Part shown: positions 27,501 to 39,500 of the stretch, one piece after another
Layout: each line of letters starts with the position of its first letter
Numbering within the stretch: the first letter of the stretch is position 1
NCBI GenBank assembly: GCA_002633005.1
Contig: NMRA01000237.1
Location: 310,001-374,000 of the forward strand
DNA: 64,000 nucleotides
Source: Phoronis australis
Taxonomy: Eukaryota > Animalia > Phoronida
Direction of reading: 5' to 3'
Made by a program: the position numbers and the translations under genes
The notes under the pieces: generated by a model
The model's input: only the letters and a program-made list of their open reading frames with translations
What the model was told of the DNA's origin: nothing
Databases searched by the model: none

Positions 27501-30500
27501 CATCCTGCACTATACGATCAAACTGAAGTCAGAGACCATGTCAGTATGGAAGGAACTTCCTCCAGTGCACACCTCCATCACCAACCTCCATATTGACCAT
27601 CTAACCAAAGGACTCATCCACATATTCAAGATCTATGCTGTCAACAATGTCGGCACAAGCTTGTCGTTGACATCCGCTGAGGTCACACCCACTGTACGAC
27701 TGCATGTTCCAAGTAAACCATCAGGCCCTCTATTGGCATCAGTTGTAACTTCGACCTCTGCTTCTTTGCAATGGGGTCCTCCAAAATCACTCGGTAGTTC
27801 AGACCTCACTTCTTATATCATTGAGAAACGGGAATCAACCAAGGCATCATGGACGAAAGTGGACAGAGTTGAACCCAGCATCACAACATACATTGTTCAG
27901 AATCTTCAAGAAGAGCATGTCTACTTCTTCCGAATCTTTGCTGAAAATAGAGTTGGGTGTAGTGAGGCACTGGAGATGACAAGTCCGCTGACAATGAAAA
28001 ATCCATTCAGTAAGTTTGAAGCCACTGTTATTTTGATCTTATTGTGAAATAGATACTTCTTTCGGGAAACTTCTTACATTACAAATATCTTTTGTTCTGT
28101 GGTAAATCTAGACGACAGCAGTTTCCAACTCCAGATATCAATCTTAATCCATTGTAAAGCATTGCTGCTGTTTTTTCTCCCAAATCATGTCTTGCAAGTA
28201 CGTCATTTGTCATAAAATCATTTCAGCCAGTGTAATTTTTCTGTCCTACAGAAACTGAGATCAGTGTTTTCGATAGTGAATATAATGACACTCACTTTCC
28301 TTGTACAAGTTGATTGACGAAGTACAAGGTGTAGGTTTTCCTGTGACATTTATTAGTTTCTATCAACAGAAGTAATTGAGAGGTTACCTGAAATTGGGAT
28401 TAAGCAGTTCACTTTAGATGATTGGCCAACAGAACTGATAGCATTTTGACTCCCTGCGTATCTGCCGTTGATCTAAATGTTCTGTTCGTGAATGGGATTT
28501 ATTTTCAATCATGTAATGGAAAGGTTTGAGTCATGGTTATTGTGATGAGCATTTTATTTATATTTTAATTTTGAAAGAAAAATCCCTTCAAATTTGTTTT
28601 CTTTATACGTATATCTTNGTTCTGTGGCAAATATAGACGACAGCAGTTTCCAACTCCAGATATCAATCTTAATCCATTGTAAAGCATTGCTGCTGTTTTT
28701 TCTCCCACATCATGTCTTGCAAGTACGTCATTTGTCATAAAATCATTTCAGCCAGTGTAATTTTTCTGTCCTACAGAAACTGAGATCAATGTTTTCGATA
28801 GTGAATATAATGACACTCACTTTCCTTGTACAAGTTGATTGACGAAGTACAAGGTGTAGGTTTTCCTGTGACATTTATTAGTTTCTATCAACAGAAGTAA
28901 TTGAGAGGTTACCTGAAATTGGGATTAAGCAGTTCACTTTTGATGATTGGCCAACAGAACTGATAGCATTTTGACTCCCTGCGTATCTGCCGTTGATCTA
29001 AATGTTCTGTTCGTGAATGGGATTTATTTTCAATCATGTAATGGAAAGGTTTGAGTCATGGTTATTGTGATTAGCATTTTATTTATATTTTAATTTTGAA
29101 AGCAAAATCCCTTCAAATTTGTTTTCTTTATACGTATATCTTTTACTCACATTGCCACGAGACTAACTTTATTAACTCTGATTAGGCTTTGTGGAACTCA
29201 TGAGCATTGTTAACAGTTGTGATAATTATTTCCAGGCAAGCCTTCACCTCCTGTTGGGCCTCTGAAAATTTCCAACATCACCGACTGCTCATGTGACCTA
29301 ACATGGTCACCACCAGTGTTTGATGGTGGAAAGCCCATACTCTACTATGTTGTTGAAATACGAGAATCCCGACGATCTTTATGGGGGAGATGTGGTAAGG
29401 TGAAGACACCTAAATGTTCCTTCACTGTCACCGATCTGGTGGTGGAAAACTTCTATTATGTCGCCATCAGAGCTGTAAATGAAGAAGGTGAAAGTGATCA
29501 GCTGGCAGCGATGGAGTGCATTATTCCATTTAAGAAGAAAGGTTGGTAAATCATCGCAAATATAGCTAAGCAATACGACAGGAGAATGGATCTGTGTTTT
29601 GTCAAACTCCACATTAAGAAAATTTAACTTCATTCCTATCTTGGTTTTTGCTGTGTAGATGTTTTAAGACAACACTTCATAAAAGTTTTACACTATTGCT
29701 AGCAAGATTTGTGTTGTAAAACTTCAATACACTATGATATATGTTTTGTATTATTTGTAAAAGGTAGATGGGATTAAAAGATCAAGCTATGACTTATTTT
29801 TATGTTAAAATACTCGAGAAATGCTATTCAGATGACATTGTTCATCAACTTTGCGTTCCTTAGTTCATCCTCTGTGTTAGGATCTTGGAACATTTAACTT
29901 TATAGTTGAATAGATTTCTTAATGGCTTGTTTTAAAATTCAATTTGTTGATGGTCAATTTGTCAGTGGTCAATTGCAAAATTGTAATATGTTTCAGGTGC
30001 CCCTACATCACCAAGATATTTCAAATTGATTAAGGTGTCAAGAAACAGTCTGGTGTTGGAGTGGAAGCCATCTTTGCATGATGGTGGATCTAAGATCCTA
30101 AATTATAAAATAGAAATTTGCCGCGATAATGATGAGACGTGGCAGTTGGCTGGCATTGTCGGTGGCTTCCAGACTCACTTCACTCTTGAAAACTTGGTCG
30201 AGGGACAAGGCTACTTCATTAGGATATCAGCCCAAAATGAGCATGGCTTCAGCAAGTGCTACATGTTCGAGAGACCTGTTGTGCCTCTTCGAAAACTGAG
30301 TAAGTTGATAATCTGTGTTTTAAAATTTGGAATATCTTAGACATTTGCTCGTTATGCTGTACACTGTAAGGTTTTTCATAAGGTATTTTGGATTGGAAAG
30401 ATTCTGAGGTTTCTCTACATGAAGCACATGAGGATATATGAACAATTTTGATAAATATGTATCCTGAAATAATTTCTTAGGAAACATTTCTAAGATCCAC

Positions 30501-33500
30501 TAATTGAACTAAACAATGTTTTTACAGTCAAACAAATAGGATTACTGACATCGATGCCTTTTTTATTTTTTATTTAAAGTAGTTAAGGACCATGTGGTAG
30601 ATAAGTTTTACACTTAACATGTTTTTATCCTCTATAAATAAAGTACTTTATTATTATTTCTATTATTATCATTATCATTATTATTATTAAACATTGTCAT
30701 TCATGACACTTTACTATTTTCTGACTGCTTATTTTTCAGATAAGCCAAATGTTCCTCAAGGACCTTTGAAAGTCACTGATGTCCTACCAGACAGAGCTAC
30801 TATATCATGGGGTGAATCATTCCAGAGCTACAATACTATTGTGTCTTCATACGTCATTGAGAAACGTGAAACATGGCGCTTGACATGGACACATGTTGAC
30901 ACTGTATCACCTGATGTGCTGTCCTACATAGTCACTGGTCTAATGAAAGGGACTGAGTATCAACTACAGGTCAGAGCTGAGAATCCATCAGGACGATCTG
31001 ATGGACTGTGTACTGACAAACCTGTGTTGGCAAGAAGTCCTTATGGTATGTTGGAATTTGTAAAAGTCACATTGGTTGTTACTTCTACTGAGAGCCCTCT
31101 ACAAGGGATACAAGAAACAGCTAAACGTTAAGTGATCCAAATAGTAGCGTGCTAATAATATGTTTGTTTTGGATTCTTTGAATTAATGACATAATCTTTT
31201 GAAAAGGAAATCCTGTTCTTTCAAAGTCAAGTAAGTTGTTTTATTCATGCTTTCAGATGTACCTAATCCACCCACTGGACCTCTTTTGGTATCTGATATT
31301 CTTGCCAGTCACATGACACTCAATTGGAAACCTCCCCACACCGATGGTGGCCAGCCAATATTTGAATACAGAATAGAGAAAAGAAACTCAAAACGACTTA
31401 CTTGGGTGACTGCTGGCAAGGTCAAAAGTCCTCTCTGTACATATGTTGTTGATGACTTGGTAGAAAGCAATGAGTACTTCTTCAGGGTTTTTGCTATCAA
31501 TACAGAAGGAGAGAGCCTTCCGTTGTTCACTACAGAAGCAGTGTGGGCACGAAGACCGCCCGAGTTACCATCTGCTCCATGCGGTACACTCAGAACCAGC
31601 AGAATCCTTGAGACCTCTGTAACCTTGGAGTGGATAGCTCCTGTCGAGACAGGTGGCTCACCCTTGTGTGGATACAAAATAGAGAAATGCCTGAAAGGTG
31701 AGAGTGCATGGTCAGAGGCAGCATTTGTAGAGTCATCAGTAACATTCTGCACTATTCAAGGACTGGAGAATGGTGGGGAGTATATGTTTCGTGTCAGTGC
31801 CGTCAATGAAATTGGAGCTGGAACACCCAATGAGACCGCGCATTCCATCAAGACATGTTCTCCACCTGGTAAGCCATGGCCTCCATATAGCCATATTAAG
31901 GTCACAGATGTTGCTAGATCTTCAGTACAACTTCACTGGCATGCATCAGAGAACGATGGTGGTGCACCTCTGATTGGCTACATTGTTGAGAAGAAAGATA
32001 GCCGCATACCAGCTTGGAGTAGAGTGGCAAAGATTGCTGCACCAACTGATACCTACAAGGTGACAGGTCTTATAGAGGGACATCGCTACTTGTTCAGAGT
32101 GATGTCCTACAATAGAATGGGCGTGAGCTCCCCAACTGTTGCTGATGAGCTAGTGACTACAAAAAGTCCATTTGGTAAGTAGACAATGCTTTAGTTTTAG
32201 CAGTCATTAACTGGTGACCTTTGTTTTTAAGTGTACAGAATGCAGTAGAAAATCTGTATGCTAAGCAGATTTTTGCTAGTCAGTCTTGTACATCATTCCA
32301 TTAATCAGCTTGCTGGTGGTATTTTTGTTTAAAAACAAGTTAAACTATGTATTTCTGTGGTGTCAGTTTTGACATTTGGTAATAGTCACTTAGAGGGGTC
32401 TCACATTTTAAGAACCAGGTTTCTCTACTGAATAACTTGCATCAAAATGGTTCTCAAACTCTATTACCCCTGTAAATGACCATTGCTTAACTTCCTTCTT
32501 GCTGTATTATTTATCAGTTAAATAATTCATGGTACTTTATTTCAGTTGCTCCTCAACCACCGAGTCAAATTGCAGTAACATCCATTACTGCCAGTGGTGT
32601 AACTATTAGATGGAACAGACCATATGAAGATGGTGGATCGCCACTCATGTCATACATAATAGAGAAACGTGAAACTGTTAAACAGACCTGGACACGGGTA
32701 GCAAGACTTCCCTCAGAGACCCTGGAATACTTTGTGGGTGAACTTCTTGAAGGAAGGTCTTATGTGCTCAGAGTTAGTGCTGAAAATGAAGAGGGCTTGA
32801 GTGAACCTGCTGAATTAGCACAGCCAGTTACTCCTTTTAGGATAATAGGTAATGTACATTCATGTTTTCTACTTTTTTGTCTGTGGCAGTTCTGTCTGCT
32901 TGAAAAAAAAATAATTTGGTTGATGGGAAACATATTTTTTGTAATAGTAATTGTCTGTTTATTAAACGTGTTTCAACTATATGACTTTTTCAAGCCTCTT
33001 ATGTTACTAATTCCATGTGTATTTTCAGATCCACCGTCTGCTCCGCTGAATTTGGAAGCTTCCTGCCTTACACATGACTCCGTTATCCTCTCCTGGAGCA
33101 AACCTTGCTATATGGGTGATTCTCCTGTCACAGGTTACCATATTCAAAAACGTGAGGGTAGTGCTGCTTCATGGACTGAAGTTGCATTCTTAGGCACTCG
33201 TCAGTTTATGTACACAGTCACAGAACTTCTGGAGGAATACAGTTACAACTTCCGTGTGAAAGCTGCAAACCTTGGTGGATCAGGGGAACCTTGCACCCTC
33301 AGAAGTCCTGTCATACCTAAAAGAACAAAAGGTAAAGTCATTATGTAATATCTTGAATATTTATTGTTTATCGGACAATGTTTTTATGAAATTTACAAAG
33401 AAACTACCACTGTATTTTGTGATTTGATTCAATTTGCTGATTCATCAAATGTCATTTTCTTTTAATACTAATGCATTATTCACTATTTGGATACTGTCTT

Positions 33501-36500
33501 GTAGGCAAACCATCTGCTCCGGAGGGTCCTCTGGAGATAGTCAAGTTAACCACAGATGGAGTCACGCTGCGATGGCAGCATCCAAAATATAGTGGAGGTC
33601 TTCCATTACGATCATTCATACTTGAGAAATGTGAAGCACATAGCCACAGGTGGTTTAGGATAGCCACCGTTGACTCATCCATCCTGGAACATGCTGTTGA
33701 GTACATCTTTGAAGGTGATAAGTACTACTTCCGTGTGTCTGCTGAGAATGAGTTGGGAGTTGGTCCACCTTTGGAGACCACCAAGGGATTCTTCCCGAGG
33801 CAGAAATACGGTGTTCCATATTCTCCTGAAGGTGGCATCAAGACTATCAACATTACAAAAGATACCGTATCTATTCAGTGGCAGCAGCCATCGTATGATG
33901 GAGGCTCAGCCTTGCTGGGATATAAGATTGAGAAAGTTGAAAAGGGAAACAAGGCTTGGATCAGAGTTGGTAAAACCGATGCAAGATCGTTCACTATTCC
34001 CAACTTACTAGAAGGCCATGAATACTATTTCAGAGTCAAAGCTTTCAATGAGTTTGGTGCAAGTGAACCACTGAAAATGGAAACACCAGTTATACCTAAG
34101 GAAATTTATGGTGAGAATGCTTCTACTGAAACTAATTAAGTTTGATAATCTAGTTTTCCAAGCTTTATCTTATTCGTCAATGTCCTGTAATGGAAATCTT
34201 TTGATGATGCTTAAGTATTAGAAACTTCATGATATTAGTAAAGTTCTCTAAACTATTTTGTTTTTACATTTTTTTAGAAATGGAAATTAAATTAATTGTT
34301 GAGTTATGTTTTGTGTTATTCTTATTGCTTGTTTCCTTTCATTCTTGCAGAGTATGCAAAGACATCATGGACAACAGAATCATATGAAGAGACCAGTGTT
34401 GTTACAGCTATTGTCGAGCCAAAGTTTGAAACTGTGTCTATCGGACTGTATGCACCACCTAAACTGTCTATGATAGTAAAGTCAGAAATAGTTGATGCTG
34501 CATTAGTACAATACCAAAGGTCCTGTCATTCATGTATCTACTGTGGTTACCACTTGAAACATAAACTTGACAATTGTGGATAGACGGAATAACGAAATTT
34601 GCTATATTGCCCTGTTCGTATATTTTGATATCATTTGATAGCAACCTTAGTGAGCGTTAAGTTACTTACTGATTGAGTTTTGAATAATAGTGACTAAATT
34701 GAATTATGCACAATGTTTGATTGTATGAGTAATGTGTGTTATTTCCTGTCATCTGTGTTTTTTTCTCTGTGGTTTTTTTCTATTCTTATTGACTAGTCTT
34801 TTAAGTGCATTGGTGCTGTGCAATTTTTCCATTTCTGTGATTTTCTATTTTATGTCGTTTGTATTGTATTTCTGATTCATTTGTGTACCAATAAATAGTT
34901 GAAATAAAATAGCATTTTGATCTTGTTTTGAAACATTAGCAGAGCAGATTCACCCAGTATTAGGATTTTGTTACTCATTTTTTCACTTACTGTTTCACGT
35001 CAGAAAAAAGGTTTTTTATTTATTTGCAATCAGAATTAGGCTGTCCAAGAGAGCCTTACAAATAGTTAAAAAGTAAAACACATTCTAATCAAATATGATA
35101 CTCTACATTTACACGTGAAATTACATGTTGTGTAGTGGGTGATGACTAAATAAAGGTGACAGAGATAAAACATAATATTGAGCAGTTTACCATTGATTTT
35201 TAAAAGTTAAGTCTACCGCATACAAGTAACAGAGAGTGAGTGCAAACATTTACGCTGTACATTTGTTCAGTGTAGAAAAAACATGTAGATTGTTTATTAA
35301 CTAGGCTTATGAACTTATGTGGAAAATAATCGTGACACATGCAAGTCTGTCCATCATGAATCTGAGCGAATATTGGCCACCAGTATTGTCACCTCCAATG
35401 GCTAATTGATCAGTTAAGAGAGTTAGTACTTCTTGGAAGTGATAAACAAAAATAGCCAGGTGACTACCATTACTTTGCCACACTTCAGATGCTTATTCAG
35501 GGGCTAATCAACAACTAAACAAGCCAGTTTTTAGATATTATATTCCAACAAATATCTCCGTGCAGATTTTTGTTATTTATTGTGTGAGATAAAAATCATG
35601 TTAACTTTCTTCTCCCACACCAGATCAGGACGTTTTAATTTATCAGTGTGTAAGGAATATAATACTACCTACATAATCAGCTGATTTGCGATGAGCATTA
35701 AGCAGGTAAGCATAGTAGTTTTATTGTTTCTCTACTTGTGTTTTTGGGCTAATTTACTTTTACTTCTTTTCCAATGGGTGCTGTCTCAAAACGTATTAGG
35801 AGTATGCTGTGACATGAGTTGTGTGCTTGAAAGAGTTGTGTTTGCGCAAGTTTCGTCAAGCTGGATAGGACGTATGGTGAGATGAAGTGTTTGCCTTTGT
35901 ACATAGTTTTAAAGAAACATATGTCATCTTTTGCAGACAAACCCAGTGTACCAGGTCGTCCCCAAATTGAAACTATTGACAGAGACTCTGTTACACTCTT
36001 CTGGACTAAGCCATCTTCCGATGGTGGCATTCCTTTAACCAGTTACATCATTGAACGACAGGACCTGAACACAGCTCGCTGGGTCCGAGTAAACCGACAA
36101 GCATTCCTAGATACCAAATACACTGTTCAAAACCTTATTGAAGGTAACAAGTACGTGTTTCGTGTCTCAGCCGAAAATGCTGAAGGTATATCGGATGTTT
36201 CACAGAATTCGGATGTAGTTGTTTGTAAAGACCAAGAGGTTCTCGAGCGGCCTGTATTCGTGAAGGCTCTGTCAGACGAGAAAGTAAAGGAAGGTACCGA
36301 TGCTGTCTTTGAGGCCGTTATTAAGGGAACTCCTGCCCCAAGTGTCAGATGGTGGGTTGATCTTAAAGCTGTTCTTGCAAACTATCATGTGATGCACATG
36401 AAACAATAATTTTGTTGTCCAAATGAATTAAGAAGTTTAAGTGATTTAATAGAAGTCTTAGGCATGAAAAAAATGTTTAAGGTTAAGGGGTCCATTTCAT

Positions 36501-39500
36501 GAAACTTTTTCTGTCTGTCTTTACAATCGAACACATATCTGTAATGCTATTTTCATTGATAGTATTTTGATCAAAAAAATGCAAGCTGTTCATTTCCACT
36601 TCTGAATTTTTCAGCAGCCGTTGTCAGACTCACTGTTTAAATAATGTTGTCATAGTTTGGTTGTTGCATTGATTGAGACTTTATGACTGTGAAGCTATGT
36701 TTCAGTGGACAGTGTATTTTATTTATCAGGTTCAAGAATTTCAAAGAAATATATGATGGCCGCAAATACCGCATTACTCAGGAGGACAATGTTTTGAGCC
36801 TCATAGTGAAGGATGCAAGTCCAGATGACAGAGGTGAAATTGAATGCAAAATTACAAACAAAGCAGGCACGGAGTCTCAGAAAGCTAAACTCATCATTCA
36901 AAGTAAGTTCTCTATTGTTGTACAAGTGATTTCTCTTTTTGTTTTTATGGAAATCATGAGGTATTGTCTTACTGTCTGTATCCTAATGTGATGTTTTGAA
37001 AAAATTAAATGCTCAGCAACGGATCCTCAATATTGTGAATAGTCATCTCTGTTTTGATAATTCATCTGTACAACGAGTTGACTGGTTTTTGCCAATGACA
37101 ATACCACTGCAGAACCCCTTGGGTGCAGTGAGCAACCTATAGACTGATATGCCTGTGGCCCTGTATTCACAGGTATTCCTGTATTACAGATTGCTATGTC
37201 AACTTTCAGTCATTACAAGGTATTAGCTGCATTACCAGGCCTTACCTCAGTCTGTTTTTAAATTGCATATATGAGTGGTCAGAAAAGGGGCTGATATCAA
37301 TCCTCCAAGGGGTTGGCAAAAACCTGTGTTCACCCAGCAAAAGGTCCTGATATCCTCTTGGTTATCAGCTTTCTGGCATTTCATCTAATTCTTTTCAAAT
37401 ATAGATCCTTCATAAATGCAGTGAAATCTCACCAATTTTGGACAAAAATAATTGCAAAAATTTATATGTTTCATTTTGAAAAGCTTCTAACATTGTGGTG
37501 ATTGCCCGCAATTTCTCAGAACAGTTTATGGTCATATCTCTATGGTATAGAAGCATTTATTTGATGCTCCTTTTTATTAATTAAATTAAAAAAATAAAAT
37601 TTCTCATGCGCCAGTGTCCCAAATTGGTCAGATTTCATTGTACACCCTTGATAAACATTTCCTTGAAAATTCATATTACGGGGTCAATTAAGAATTTCAG
37701 AGTTCACCAGGGTGTGCCAAACTCTCTGGCATTAACCTACAATTGTTGCCCTGTTGGTTCTATTTGGCTATGTGTTAATTCCATTTAAATGTAATGTCCA
37801 TTTGGCAGGCGATCAGCACTTTCCATTTTTCCGCCATCTTTAAATGCTGCTTTTTTTCTTTAGCTCCACCCAAAATCCACATGAGTGACAGGTACCTGAA
37901 GGGAGTAACCTTCAGTAAGGGTGAGAACATAAAGATCAAGTTGTCAATATCTGGTCAGCCCATCCCTGAGATCACTTGGACTAAGGACGGTCAAACACTT
38001 GCCAAAACTGGACGTGTCACCATCTCAAACACAGACACGTCTACGACTCTGGTCATCAAAGATGCAGAGAAGGCAGACACTGGAGAATACACCATCAAGG
38101 CTGTCAATGAAATAGGTGACGACACTGCACAGCTGACAATACTTGTCACTGGTAGGTGTCCATTCGTTGTAACAATCGTGACTAAAGTCTTTTTCCATTC
38201 GTTTACATGATCCTAATATACTAGAAAGAGTAAAATCTACACGATAGTGTTGACATCAGCATGTTAACACGGAACTAATCAGCATAACAGGGCTTGAGAG
38301 CATTTTATGTAATTGTAATGATTTGAAATGTGAGTGACATGTTATGTGGTTTTGTTTTTAAGCATTTCTTCTCTAATTCATAATTTATACTTCTATGACC
38401 AGTCGTTTGGGTTTTTGCATATTTTACACTTTTATTTGAAGAGCCGAACCTCACAGATATGATTTTGCTTCCTTTTAGATTGTCCAGAAGAGCCTTCCAC
38501 TCCAGAAATTCTGGAAACTGGCCTCGATTTTGTACGTCTCCAATGGCAACCACCAGAAGACGATGGCGGCTCCCAAATCACAAACTACATTGTGGAGAAA
38601 TGCGAGCTTGGTTCAGACATCTGGCTGAGGTGTCTGACCACCCACAAAACACAAGGTCTCGTAAGCAATCTCAAGGAGCTGACAGACTTTAAGTTCAGAG
38701 TCAAGGCTGAGAACTTATTCGGAGTCAGCAAGCCGTCGGAGGAAAGTGAAGTGGCAAGAACTGAGATACCCAGACCGGACGTCAACTACGATGACTTTGG
38801 TAAAATGACTCTTCTTTTTTACTAAAATGTTTCCATTGAGTGACATTGCTCTCTGTGGAATGTGGACCGACAACTACATGTTATGTCAGTGGTGTTTATT
38901 TAAAGCAGAAAATCTTGGTGTTTCTGGTGTCATAGTAGCTTGAATTAACAACTGGTTAGTTTATACTGTGAACAAGACTGATAGCTAGCATTAGCTAACA
39001 CTGCATTTTAACCCTGTTATCTTCTTATCATATGAGTAGCATGCTTTAAATTTCCACTCCGTGGTATATTCTAGTGGATCCGCTCTTCACCTGGAATAAC
39101 GTGGACATTGAAAACCTTGGACGAGATGTCCTCAGCAAATACATCATATGTGAGGAACTTGGGAGGTATAGTAACGTTAACATGTTGTCGTGTCAGTAGT
39201 ACAATGTAGTTATTATCTAGATAAATCATTTTGTAAGTTAGTAACATTTTTCTGCCATCACTGTTTTATGAAGGACATTTTTTGTAGAGAGAGCTGTCCT
39301 AAGATAAAAAATCGCTCATAGTCAGTGCCCAAATCTGGGCCAGATTAGCACAACTAATATCCTTCATTAGAGACAGGCCACCAAGCTAGTTTTCTACTCA
39401 TTCAATGAGCAGAGTTCGTTCAGAGAGACACTACTGCCGAAGTAAACTAAATTCAATGAGCAAGGTGATCAGAAAAGGTGTTTTGTGCTCATGTGAATCC

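Noticed and set aside
32849-33028. Hydrophobic in-frame stretch resembling a transmembrane segment within ORF 32647-33348
   Set aside because: It is a T-rich 180-nt intron with good GT/AG ends. In-frame retention is possible but unsupported.
35681-35711. ATG AGC ATT AAG CAG|GTAAGC as the first exon of a separate kinase gene
   Set aside because: The donor is phase 0 but the next exon is phase 1, and that exon has no in-frame Met. It cannot be excluded as a UTR exon.
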